DNA of 64,000 nucleotides from Atopobium sp. (GTDB lineage Bacteria; Actinomycetota; Coriobacteriia; Coriobacteriales; Atopobiaceae): NCBI RefSeq assembly GCF_034113385.1, contig NZ_JAXEXL010000014.1, positions 42,247 to 106,246 of the forward strand, read 5' to 3'. Shown piece by piece: positions 63,960 to 64,000 of this stretch (position 1 is its first letter; each line of letters starts with the position of its first letter). The notes under the pieces were generated by a model. It saw only the letters and a program-made list of their open reading frames with translations, ran no database searches and was not told where the DNA came from. The position numbers and the translations under genes were made by a program.

Positions 63960-64000
63960 TGGTCGTTTTATTTTTGGATTGTCAATAAGCCACGTATGAG

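Noticed and set aside
57860-64000. Prophage or integrative element with integrase, or cas operon, in the AT-rich/CRISPR region
   Set aside because: No integrase, transposase, capsid/terminase or cas ORF is present in the ORF track for this span. The phage-like material is limited to truncated fragments between CRISPR repeats.

Overview
This is a 64-kb chromosomal window at about 50% G+C. Gene content (PFOR, DUF3516-type helicase, DegV, C69 dipeptidase, I-E-type CRISPR repeats) suggests an anaerobic Gram-positive actinobacterium, possibly Coriobacteriia-like, but this is inference only. Positions 1-38.3 kb are mostly a minus-strand housekeeping block: hpf, rsmA, metG, rsmI, queD, mnmA, luxS, engB, a helD-like gene and nifJ/PFOR. 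That block also holds an ankyrin-like/VWA/MoxR-AAA+ operon and an unusual fusion of a PTS-EIIA domain to a Ski2-like helicase. Positions 38.6-49.3 kb carry an accessory envelope module: an OmpR-type response regulator, an intramembrane-sensing kinase, a MacB-type ATPase, a 992-aa double-FtsX permease, and a convergent 1590-aa wall-anchored S8 protease. Positions 49.5-57.9 kb encode membrane proteins (flotillin, DUF2339, KdgT permease, SDR). From about 57.9 kb the G+C drops to about 30-35% in an island of small hydrophobic ORFs and a Fic (Fido) protein. This island abuts the trailer end of a minus-strand type I-E-like CRISPR array (61062 to beyond 63613). The most unusual observation is in that array. 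Canonical 32-nt spacers alternate with 0.4-1 kb inter-repeat inserts that are bounded exactly by repeats. The inserts carry truncated and complete mobile-element-like genes: a nuclease-toxin-like fragment, a HicB-like antitoxin and small ORFs. No cas genes, rRNA or tRNA genes, transposases or integrases were recognised in the window. All family assignments come from motif reading by eye, not from database searches.
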